The notes below the pieces were generated by a model, which was given only the letters and a program-made list of their open reading frames with translations, ran no database searches and was not told the DNA's origin. From a virus: a stretch of DNA of 7,020 nt. Of this stretch, positions 1 through 5,960 are shown in pieces. The stretch spans positions 1 through 7,020 of the IMG/VR virus record IMGVR_UViG_3300045988_000403; one strand, 5' to 3'. The translations under genes and the position numbers were made by a program. Position 1 is the first letter of the stretch. Each line of letters opens with the position of its first letter.

Positions 1-55
1 AAAGATACTAAGAACAGCATCACTATTATTAAAACCGACAGCGGCAGCACTTTCA
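1..55. repeat. Terminal redundancy, left copy, identical to 6966-7020. It marks a circular genome that was linearised with an overlap.
   Basis: Direct comparison: aaagatactaagaacagcatcactattattaaaaccgacagcggcagcactttca occurs at both 1-55 and 6966-7020. The capsid reading frame closes exactly across the junction. Confidence 0.97.
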
Positions 56-1044
56 TCTCCATATTGAGCTCGAGGAAGTACAGATGTAAAATAATCGATA
101 GGAAGATTAGAATTTTCCAAATCAAGAATAGAAGTAACCAAAGACTGTAAAGGAGTGGCACTAATAAACTGATGAGCATTCATGTTATCCTGTGGGCGCA
201 AATAATCGATATTACAAGTCCAAGGCTCAAAAGGCTGCCATTTCTCATTGCGGTAATGGTCATTGCAAATCTTATGATAAGCAAGCAAAGGGAAAATAGA
301 CAAATTAGGGCTGTTATAAATATGAGAAGCCTCAAATTTACTGAGGTCTAAAGAATACTTACTACTTTGAAAAGCACTAAGAGACCAAGAACCACCAGAA
401 GCAACAAAGGCTTCAGCCATAGCATAAATATCATAACGAATTATATGTGAAAAATTGCCATATCCGAGAGACATCAACAACTTAGCAGCACGACAAAGGC
501 GATAACCATCACAGATAAAAACATCTGGATAGAAACTCGAATTAGCACAAAAAGCCTGAAAACCTTGAGCCGAACGACTGGAAACCGAAGAGTTAGATGT
601 AAAATAAGAATTCAAAGCATCACGAAGATGATTATACATTTGCCACAACCAATCAGCCAAATCAACATAAGAAAGATAAGGCATAGAGGTAGTTAAAGTG
701 GACGCTTCAGTAGAACTACCAGCTAACTTAGAAATATTCTGTCCAGCATCACCTTTAGTCATATTATTAACTTGCTGTTCAAAATATTTCCAAAGAGATT
801 GAAACGGAACAAAGTAATACTGGATATTTTCACGAATACGAGTAAACGCGTCTGTGTTCAAAGCAGCAGTACGAGTTTTACCATTATAACCAATCTTAAA
901 CGTTTCATTTGGATTACACCACTGAGTAAAGACTGGCAACAATTCACCTACTTGAGCAGTAAACATGTGTCTATGGGACAAATCAAAAGCATTACGATTT
1001 ACCTTATTCTTAAGACGATGCATACCTAAAACTTTATTAGCCAT
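1..1044 (-). CDS. VP1: Major capsid protein (Microviridae VP1 / phiX174 F family), N-terminal 348 codons. The ORF runs off the left edge and continues at 6965 across the circular junction.
   Basis: I translated the minus strand by hand from the ATG at 1044-1042 down to base 1 and found no stop. The product begins MANKVLGMHRLKNKVNRNAFDLSHRHMFTAQVGELLPVFTQWCNPNETFKIGYNGKTRTAALNTDAFTRIRENIQYYFVPFQSLWKYF. Further on it contains LGYGNF, PLLAYHKICNDHYRNEKW and DYFTSVLPRAQYG. These are the characteristic conserved blocks of microvirus capsid proteins. The frame is continuous with 6965..5961, giving 2049 nt (682 aa plus stop). The ORF is absent from the supplied track, probably because it has no stop on this side of the window. 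Confidence 0.93.
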   Translation of the reverse strand, partial: MANKVLGMHRLKNKVNRNAFDLSHRHMFTAQVGELLPVFTQWCNPNETFKIGYNGKTRTAALNTDAFTRIRENIQYYFVPFQSLWKYFEQQVNNMTKGDAGQNISKLAGSSTEASTLTTSMPYLSYVDLADWLWQMYNHLRDALNSYFTSNSSVSSRSAQGFQAFCANSSFYPDVFICDGYRLCRAAKLLMSLGYGNFSHIIRYDIYAMAEAFVASGGSWSLSAFQSSKYSLDLSKFEASHIYNSPNLSIFPLLAYHKICNDHYRNEKWQPFEPWTCNIDYLRPQDNMNAHQFISATPLQSLVTSILDLENSNLPIDYFTSVLPRAQYGDESAAAVGFNNSDAVLSIF

Positions 1045-1048
1045 AATA

Positions 1049-2602
1049 TTAATTTTTATAAGAATCTACAACATCACGGTGCTTAATATTTTCAATAAAA
1101 GCCATATTAGCTTTCTGAACTTGATACTGAAAAATAGACCGTGTCTTTAAACTATTAAAATCATAAGTTCCAGTATATGGAGACATACTTGCATAATTTT
1201 CATAAGCAAATAACTTATCATTCTCCAAATTTTGGAAATACTGAATCAAATTTTGATAATCTTTCCAAGCTATGAAGTCAAAACGTAACTTAAGACATTC
1301 ATAAAAACCCAAACCTAAATAGGTGGATAACGAATAGTGATGATGTGCAGCATAAAGCAACGATTTTAAAGGGTTGACAGAATCAGTACTATTATAAATG
1401 GGTTTAGCAAAAGTAACAGCATACCAATGAACAGCACGAAACTGATAATCATATTTATACAACTCTGTAGTGGAAGGATTAAACAACCACAATAAGAACT
1501 CTCTTACTTGACCGTCATCAAAGATTTCGCCTCCAGAAGAGAAGAAGCGTCGGGCAACGTGTACCACCGAACGAAAAAGGGTAGAAGTTGCTGCAACATC
1601 AAAACAGGAAGAGCCTGTAAATTTAACGGCAAATTGAGAGTAATACGCATCGGACATGGAAACAGGACGTCGAACACCTTTTTTGTTAATAACATAATCT
1701 GTTGTAAGTGTTTCGAAATCTCTAGCCTTGAGTAATTCTCTAACCTCATTTCGGTCCTTTGAACCCAATAGGATTGAGTGAAAACTCCTTTGTGGAAACT
1801 TGTCAAGCACTCTAGGGAAGTTAGAATGTTGTGTAAGATACTTACTAACATATTCTTGCATGTTGCCGTCTGTAACCTTTGTAGTCGTATCACCGTAGAC
1901 CCATAAACCAGCCAAATCGAGTTTAACACAAATTTCTCTGGGATTTTCTTTAGTTGATTGGGGCAAAGTTCGAACAATCCTAAAATCTGCTCTCGCTCTA
2001 GGCGAGTCATGGAATAATAGGAGATGATAATGTGGACGGAAGGACTGGGAGCCGTACTCGCAAATAACGTAGTACCGTATAGTTTCATCATATTCTTTTA
2101 AAAACCATTTTCTTAAACGACCTATATATTTTCTAATATCATCATACCATAGTATAGGAATAACAGAGTTATTACGTATACCACGAGAACGAGAGGGAAA
2201 TCTACTATAATACTTATCAATACGAGAATAATAATCACGCAAAAGAGGAGCAGTATCAATAGTAGAGAAATCAGAGAGTTGAAATGATTTAGAAATTTTA
2301 TCCTCTACAAAGTAAAAACTTTTAGTTCTCCGATTGTACTTTTTAATAACACGATTAGGAACGCGTAAAGCATAACCGAAAGGGTACATATATGAAGTAT
2401 CGATGTAGGGTAAGTGTAAATCATCATACGTAAGAGTAATAAATTCAACATATTTATGTTTAGATGCCTCTACCTCTAAAATCTTGCAAAGACGTTCTTG
2501 GGCTGCTACACGACACTGAATGCAAGAGTGACAACCAACAAGGGTTAAGCCATGTCGACCAACAACAGGAACGGGATTATTGCAACGAGGGAAAAGAGCC
2601 AT
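1049..2602 (-). CDS. VP4: Replication initiation protein (VP4 / phiX174 gene A-like, HUH superfamily rolling-circle endonuclease), 517 aa.
   Basis: The N-terminus carries a Cys cluster, GCHSCIQCR. HUH motif I is FITLTYD (aa 54-60). Motif II is EYGSQSFRPHYHLLLF, with HYHLLLF at nt 2032-2012. The two-tyrosine motif III is YVSKY at nt 1852-1838. The start is an ATG at 2602. The TAA stop lies at 1051-1049, 4 nt before the capsid ATG. Confidence 0.93.
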   Translation of the reverse strand: MALFPRCNNPVPVVGRHGLTLVGCHSCIQCRVAAQERLCKILEVEASKHKYVEFITLTYDDLHLPYIDTSYMYPFGYALRVPNRVIKKYNRRTKSFYFVEDKISKSFQLSDFSTIDTAPLLRDYYSRIDKYYSRFPSRSRGIRNNSVIPILWYDDIRKYIGRLRKWFLKEYDETIRYYVICEYGSQSFRPHYHLLLFHDSPRARADFRIVRTLPQSTKENPREICVKLDLAGLWVYGDTTTKVTDGNMQEYVSKYLTQHSNFPRVLDKFPQRSFHSILLGSKDRNEVRELLKARDFETLTTDYVINKKGVRRPVSMSDAYYSQFAVKFTGSSCFDVAATSTLFRSVVHVARRFFSSGGEIFDDGQVREFLLWLFNPSTTELYKYDYQFRAVHWYAVTFAKPIYNSTDSVNPLKSLLYAAHHHYSLSTYLGLGFYECLKLRFDFIAWKDYQNLIQYFQNLENDKLFAYENYASMSPYTGTYDFNSLKTRSIFQYQVQKANMAFIENIKHRDVVDSYKN

Positions 2603-2604
2603 AA

Positions 2605-2814
2605 TTATGAACTAAATAAATTACCGTTATAACAACTCATAATAGTTTTTTGAGTAACACGACCACCACTTTTTGAAAAATCTAAAGGACAATAAAGTTC
2701 AATAGTTTTCAAAGTTTCTGCCAAGAAAGGTTGAGATGTACCACTACAGTACGCTTGTTTACGCTGAATCTCTCGAATAACCTTAAGAGCAATCAAATAA
2801 TCTTTAGCAGTCAT
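2605..2814 (-). CDS. Hypothetical small protein of 69 aa from the ATG at 2814. The track ORF starts two codons earlier at a TTG at 2820.
   Basis: It is an open frame on the coding strand. It starts 11 nt after the stop of the upstream ORF (2826) and ends 2 nt before the Rep ATG, which looks like operon packing. The sequence is MTAKDYLIALKVIREIQRKQAYCSGTSQPFLAETLKTIELYCPLDFSKSGGRVTQKTIMSCYNGNLFSS. I recognise no family. Confidence 0.5.
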   Translation of the reverse strand: MTAKDYLIALKVIREIQRKQAYCSGTSQPFLAETLKTIELYCPLDFSKSGGRVTQKTIMSCYNGNLFSS

Positions 2815-2825
2815 AAGCAAAAAAA

Positions 2826-3005
2826 TTAGATACGTTTATACCATTGATAAGCATGCTCCCAAGAAACGGGAGACGTAATCATAGAAGAAATGATAACGAC
2901 ACTAGGCAAAAAAAGACAAAGGAATTCATCAATCTTACCATACTTGACAACATACTGAACACCATTAACTTCAACAATGAAACAGCGAGAATTAATTTTC
3001 ACCAT
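2826..3005 (-). CDS. Hypothetical small membrane protein of 59 aa from the ATG at 3005. The track extends it to a TTG at 3092, giving 88 aa.
   Basis: The sequence is MVKINSRCFIVEVNGVQYVVKYGKIDEFLCLFLPSVVIISSMITSPVSWEHAYQWYKRI, with one hydrophobic stretch of about 20 aa (FLCLFLPSVVIISSMITSPV). The ATG start overlaps the end of the upstream ORF by 14 nt. The longer TTG form would add a second hydrophobic segment (LVVALLLLQLIPQLLNIAVL). The start codon is uncertain. Confidence 0.45.
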   Translation of the reverse strand: MVKINSRCFIVEVNGVQYVVKYGKIDEFLCLFLPSVVIISSMITSPVSWEHAYQWYKRI

Positions 3006-3207
3006 AGGGCTTAAAATTTTTAGAGCGGACAAAACCGCTATGTTTAACAATTGTGGTATCAACTGTAACAATAGTAGTGCGACCACTAGCAACTACATTG
3101 TGAGACGTACTGCAGGATGTCATTGTAGAGACACCGAAATAAGCAGCTATCAATCCGAGCGCATACAACGCTACTTTGATGATAATTTTTAAAATTTCCT
3201 TTTTCAT
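2992..3207 (-). CDS. Putative small secreted lipoprotein of 71 aa from the ATG at 3207. The track ORF starts at a TTG at 3258, and there is another ATG at 3255.
   Basis: The sequence is MKKEILKIIIKVALYALGLIAAYFGVSTMTSC|STSHNVVASGRTTIVTVDTTIVKHSGFVRSKNFKPYGEN. It has a basic n-region, a hydrophobic core and a lipobox-like MTSC, which predicts a mature peptide of about 40 aa starting at Cys. It is the first gene downstream of a promoter-like element at 3212-3244. I recognise no family, and the signal peptidase II site is inferred by eye only. Confidence 0.5.
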   Translation of the reverse strand: MKKEILKIIIKVALYALGLIAAYFGVSTMTSCSTSHNVVASGRTTIVTVDTTIVKHSGFVRSKNFKPYGEN

Positions 3208-3211
3208 GGTG

Positions 3212-3244
3212 CAAAGATAGGAAAAGTTTTTTGGAACTACCAAA
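3212..3244 (-). promoter_or_regulatory. Candidate Bacteroidota-type promoter for the minus-strand operon (-33 TTTG, 21-nt spacer, -7 TAnnTTTG).
   Basis: The minus strand reads TTTG (3244-3241), then 21 nt, then TATCTTTG (3219-3212), then CACC, then ATG (3207). This matches the published Bacteroides consensus TTTG-N19-21-TAnnTTTG. The ATG sits only 4 nt after the -7 box, which implies a leaderless or near-leaderless transcript. Caveat: TAnnTTTG is not rare on this T-rich strand, and I saw several copies inside genes. Confidence 0.4.
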
Positions 3245-3442
3245 TTTGTTAACATCAATTAAGAAAAAAGTTACAAAGGAACAAAAGTGCAGTAATTAGG
3301 AATATGTATTCCCACTTTTGCCTACCTATAACAAGAGAGTAGGAATTTTCAGGAGAAAATTTTCATAAAAAGGTAATTACTAATGAGTAATAAACTTTTC
3401 CGCGCAAAGCTAAGGTTTTTCTAGCAGACAAACCAATATAAA

Positions 3443-3509
3443 GTATCTGTTTAGTTAAATTGTGTACGTACGCATAAAATGCACACGCACACAAATACAA
3501 AACAGATAC
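3443..3509. repeat. Long imperfect inverted repeat (stem-loop) in the large non-coding region. Function unknown; it is a candidate origin or structural element of the ssDNA genome.
   Basis: The outer stem is GTATCTGTTT (3443-3452) paired with AAACAGATAC (3500-3509), 10 of 10. The inner stem is TGTGTACGTACGCA (3461-3474) paired with TGCACACGCACACA (3480-3493), 11 of 14, with loop TAAAA. The inner arms are strictly alternating pyrimidine/purine tracts (3461-3476 and 3479-3493), unlike the surrounding AT-rich sequence. Confidence 0.5.
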
Positions 3510-3646
3510 ATTAATAGTATAATATAAATTTTTATTATTTCATAAAAAAATATGATTTGTACAGAAGGTATTTTAGATTAAATGAGAATTATATAAAACG
3601 TGTTTGCATTATTTAACGTACAATTAACAGATATTTAACTAAAATA

Positions 3647-3678
3647 CTTGGTAATATCGAAGAAAATGCGTACCTTTG
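3647..3678 (+). promoter_or_regulatory. Candidate Bacteroidota-type promoter on the plus strand, directed at the 86-aa ORF.
   Basis: The plus strand reads cTTG (3647-3650), then 20 nt, then TACCTTTG (3671-3678). The ORF ATG is 52 nt further downstream at 3730. TAnnTTTG should be rare on this A-rich, T- and G-poor strand, and this copy is correctly placed. Confidence 0.45.
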
Positions 3679-3729
3679 CAATAGATAAAAGGAAGGACCT
3701 TTTACAATAAACAATTAAATATTACGACT

Positions 3730-3990
3730 ATGTATAAATTGAATTATTACAGAAAACAAACAGAAAGTCTTTCAGGTAAAGAACAAAATTACGAATACTT
3801 AGGTATGGGTGAGTTCTTTAGACTAAGAAGAAACGCTCTACATTACTTATTCGATATAGTTCAAAACGAATACAAAGAAATGGGATTCGCAACAGAAGTA
3901 AGAGTAGGTAGCCTATATTGTTACAAGAGCGAAAAGACCGATCAAGGAGACCGAAAGGTAACAGAAATCCTGATTAAAGTAGAAAGATAG
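3730..3990 (+). CDS. Hypothetical 86-aa protein encoded on the strand opposite to all other genes.
   Basis: It runs from ATG to TAG and is the only ORF over 60 aa in an otherwise non-coding region that is rich in stop codons. A promoter-like element precedes it and the 3996-4020 hairpin follows it. The sequence is MYKLNYYRKQTESLSGKEQNYEYLGMGEFFRLRRNALHYLFDIVQNEYKEMGFATEVRVGSLYCYKSEKTDQGDRKVTEILIKVER. I recognise no family. Its codon usage is A-ending (AGA, GAA, AAA, GTA), unlike the T-ending usage of the minus-strand genes. Confidence 0.55.
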   Translation: MYKLNYYRKQTESLSGKEQNYEYLGMGEFFRLRRNALHYLFDIVQNEYKEMGFATEVRVGSLYCYKSEKTDQGDRKVTEILIKVER

Positions 3991-4020
3991 AAAAAGGCGC
4001 AAGGGTTTAACCTTTGCGCC
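3991..4020 (-). terminator. Rho-independent terminator after VP2. It lies between convergent genes and may act in both directions.
   Basis: After the VP2 TAA the minus strand reads GGCGCAAAGG-TTAAAC-CCTTGCGCC-TTTTT. That is a 9-bp GC-rich stem with one bulged A, followed by a T5 run. On the plus strand the same hairpin starts 6 nt after the TAG of the 86-aa ORF, but only a weak T tract follows it. Confidence 0.7.
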
Positions 4021-4027
4021 TAAATTA

Positions 4028-5485
4028 TTATCTATAGCCAGTAGGGCTATAATTAGGGTTTTCACGATACGCATCAAGCCAAGATTTACCGCTAGGCGGT
4101 GGTGTACGTTCACCACCTGAAGAAGAACCTTTGTTAAACTTAGGCTTAGGGGTAAAGTTACTAATACCGTCAGAAACGTTCTTAAACATACGTGTAACAG
4201 ATTCGCCACGCTCAAAGATTTTATCGGTATCGTAGCTGTCAACACGCTTATTAGTAAGTGAAGTTTCGGATCTATACATACCACTAAGAGAACGTATCAA
4301 ATCGGGCTCTTGCATTAACTTATTCAAAGACCACTCATTCTGCTGAATATTCAAATCAAGCAAATGCTTATAAGGTGTTTGACGCAAAACGCTTTCAGCC
4401 TTACCAACAGGCATTTTACCAAGCATAAAATCAGTATAATAACGCTGCATATCATTTGACATATTTTGACCCGAAGTCAAAGCACCATAATAGCCACCTA
4501 ACTGTTTAAGATAACTTGCATTAGCATTAGCATTTGTAATAGCAGCACGACCTTGCATCAAAGCGGCTTGACCTTGAACAGTAGCAGCATGGGCAAACGT
4601 CTGCTGAATAGACAACCACTTACCATAATTCTCGGTTTGCTTAAGGGTATATTTTCCTGCAGCAATATCACGAAAAGCAGAAGCATAAAAAGACATAGTT
4701 TGAGCAACATTCTTTTCAACCTCTTGTGGCATAACATTATAAAGACTAAATGCTTTCAAACGGGCATCATACATAGCATCGAAACCACGCCAATTTTCTA
4801 ATTCAGCTTTAAATTGTTCTTGCAACAACCTATTCTGATAAGTATCCATAGCAAACTTATAGGTCATTTTTTGCATATCAGTTTGAGATTGCAAAAATCC
4901 TTCTTGAGCCATATTAACACCCTCGATAGACTTATTAACATTCTCTTGAGATTTCTGCAAAGATACAGACGAATCAACGGAACGTGTAGTATTATAAGCA
5001 GCCAAACCATGATTAACTGCATCACCAACAAAAGAATAATCAGCAGGCATCATCTGAGCAGATTCAGCAGCAGAAGCAGCAGCACCACTACCAACATTAC
5101 CGCTAGCAGATACATCACCAAGCAAAGCATTGAGACCTGCTGCACGCATATCATTAGCCTTAGCAGAAGAGGTGCCAAACATACGATACATCAATTCTTG
5201 CCAATCACGATTTTTCTTAGCTTCTTCAGCATTAAAGCGATTCTGCTCTTGCATAATACGATAATTCATCTGATTAGTTTTATCTGTATTGGATTTACCA
5301 AAAAGACCACCAAGGAGAGAACTAGCAAGACCGAAAGCACCGCCGACAAGGGCGCCAGGAACACCACCAACAGCGGCACCAGCACCAGCACCAGAGGCAG
5401 AAGAACCAAGAGCAGTACACTTACTTAAACGAAAAGGAGTACCGCCAAAAGCGGCAGTACTCCATGAAATTATATTAGACAACAT
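4028..5485 (-). CDS. VP2: DNA pilot / minor capsid protein (Microviridae VP2, phiX174 H-like), about 485 aa from the ATG at 5485. The track starts at a TTG at 5491.
   Basis: The N-terminal segment is Gly/Ala-rich and hydrophobic (GSSASGAGAGAAVGGVPGALVGGAFGLASSLLGGLFG). It is followed by QNRFNAEEAKKNRDWQELMYRMFGTSSAKANDMRAAGLNALLG. This matches the conserved NA-EAQK-RDWQE...AGLNP-L block that I recall from gokushovirus and alpavirus VP2 proteins. The gene also sits downstream of the capsid gene, as expected. Confidence 0.88.
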   Translation of the reverse strand: MLSNIISWSTAAFGGTPFRLSKCTALGSSASGAGAGAAVGGVPGALVGGAFGLASSLLGGLFGKSNTDKTNQMNYRIMQEQNRFNAEEAKKNRDWQELMYRMFGTSSAKANDMRAAGLNALLGDVSASGNVGSGAAASAAESAQMMPADYSFVGDAVNHGLAAYNTTRSVDSSVSLQKSQENVNKSIEGVNMAQEGFLQSQTDMQKMTYKFAMDTYQNRLLQEQFKAELENWRGFDAMYDARLKAFSLYNVMPQEVEKNVAQTMSFYASAFRDIAAGKYTLKQTENYGKWLSIQQTFAHAATVQGQAALMQGRAAITNANANASYLKQLGGYYGALTSGQNMSNDMQRYYTDFMLGKMPVGKAESVLRQTPYKHLLDLNIQQNEWSLNKLMQEPDLIRSLSGMYRSETSLTNKRVDSYDTDKIFERGESVTRMFKNVSDGISNFTPKPKFNKGSSSGGERTPPPSGKSWLDAYRENPNYSPTGYR

Positions 5486-5493
5486 AGGCAAAA

Positions 5494-5943
5494 CTACTTA
5501 AAGATTTCCATTAAACGAGACTGAAAATCAGCATTGTCTTTTTCAGCCTTTTCTTTTTCCTCTTTCTCCTTAAGAGCAGCAGCAGCCTTATCACGAACCT
5601 CTTTATCTTTAATAGCAAGTTCTTTAAGATAAGACATTTTTTCACTAGCCGTCTGAACATAACGGGAAGGACAAGAGTTAATCAATTCATCGTCAGTCAA
5701 AGAGCCGAAAGTTTGCTCAAACTCAGAACGGAAATTCGATGAATCAATCATAGGCTGCAAAGACTCCTTAATCTCTCGCAAAGTCTGAGCATCAGAACGC
5801 ATATTATCGATACGCTGCAGCAAAGAAACATCTGTATGAAAAGAAGAACGTAGAGGGTTATTCTTATCATCAACAGAAGTAACTTCATGCTGTATTTCCT
5901 CATAAACAGGAGGAACATAAACAACTTTATTTTTAGCTTTCAT
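5494..5943 (-). CDS. Acidic 149-aa protein between the capsid and pilot genes; possibly an internal scaffolding protein (VP3-like). Function inferred only.
   Basis: It has a clean ATG start at 5943, 17 nt after the capsid stop, and a TAG stop at 5496-5494, 8 nt before the VP2 ATG. The protein is strongly charged and looks helical, with a Lys/Glu-rich tail (KAAAALKEKEEKEKAEKDNADFQSRLMEIFK). The functional call rests on size, composition and position, not on a recognised motif. Confidence 0.75.
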   Translation of the reverse strand: MKAKNKVVYVPPVYEEIQHEVTSVDDKNNPLRSSFHTDVSLLQRIDNMRSDAQTLREIKESLQPMIDSSNFRSEFEQTFGSLTDDELINSCPSRYVQTASEKMSYLKELAIKDKEVRDKAAAALKEKEEKEKAEKDNADFQSRLMEIFK

Positions 5944-5960
5944 AAATATAAAATTTAATA

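Noticed and set aside
772-1150. Plus-strand ORFs 772-1029 (85 aa) and 965-1150 (61 aa).
   Set aside because: They are antisense to the capsid gene and the Rep/capsid junction, which carry strong family motifs. Their products are low-complexity and they lack any start context. They are typical shadow ORFs.
1508-1735. Plus-strand ORF 1508-1735 (75 aa).
   Set aside because: It is antisense to Rep and looks like a shadow ORF, with no supporting signals.
2977-3192. Plus-strand ORF 2977-3192 (71 aa).
   Set aside because: It is antisense to the lipoprotein and membrane-protein ORFs. It has no promoter-like element, and the minus-strand reading gives a coherent signal peptide.
3344-3361. Small AT-rich hairpin AATTTTC-AGGA-GAAAATT followed by TTTC.
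   Set aside because: The stem is 7 bp with a single G:C pair, so its stability is low. There is no upstream plus-strand gene for it to terminate. It is probably a chance feature of AT-rich sequence.
3405-3432. A second minus-strand promoter candidate: TAGCTTTG (3412-3405) with TTTG at 3432-3429.
   Set aside because: The spacer is only 16 nt, against the consensus of 19-21. The first downstream ATG of a credible ORF is about 150-200 nt away. It is weaker than the 3212-3244 element. It could still be real, but I did not list it as a feature.
3451-3494. Resemblance to dif/XerCD half-sites. CGTACGCATAA (3467-3477) matches the E. coli dif XerC arm GGTGCGCATAA at 9 of 11 positions. TTAGTTAAAT (3451-3460) resembles the XerD arm TTATGTTAAAT with a 1-nt gap.
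   Set aside because: The two arms are in the wrong order and orientation for a dif site. The 11-mer that follows the 6-nt spacer (CACGCACACAA) matches the XerD arm at only 2 of 11 positions. The comparison is also to E. coli dif rather than a Bacteroidota dif. It remains worth testing against the dif site of the real host, since no integrase is encoded, but it is not supportable as a feature.
3717-3725. AAATATTAC, an 8 of 9 match to the geminivirus and nanovirus Rep nonanucleotide TAATATTAC, just upstream of the 86-aa ORF.
   Set aside because: It is not held in the loop of a convincing stem; only a 5-bp CAATT/AATTG pairing with a 20-nt loop flanks it. Microvirus A/VP4-type Reps are not known to use this nonanucleotide. 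The match is easily explained by chance in AT-rich sequence.
3913-4284. Minus-strand ORF 3913-4284 (123 aa).
   Set aside because: It is an alternative frame of the VP2 3' end. It would have to read through the GC-rich terminator hairpin and into the convergent 86-aa ORF. Its hydrophobic composition is what T-rich third positions would produce.
5296-5407. Gly/Ala-rich low-complexity tract that might be taken for a tandem repeat or a recombination hot spot.
   Set aside because: It encodes the glycine-rich hydrophobic N-terminal segment of the VP2 pilot protein. The nucleotide sequence is not a true tandem repeat.
4553-5501. Plus-strand ORFs 4553-4801, 4814-5428 (204 aa) and 5289-5501.
   Set aside because: All are antisense to VP2, which has a conserved family motif. 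Their products are low-complexity (Ser/Thr/Arg/Ile runs, or a Pro/Ala run opposite the Gly/Ala-rich segment). They show that long antisense shadow ORFs arise in this genome by codon structure alone.
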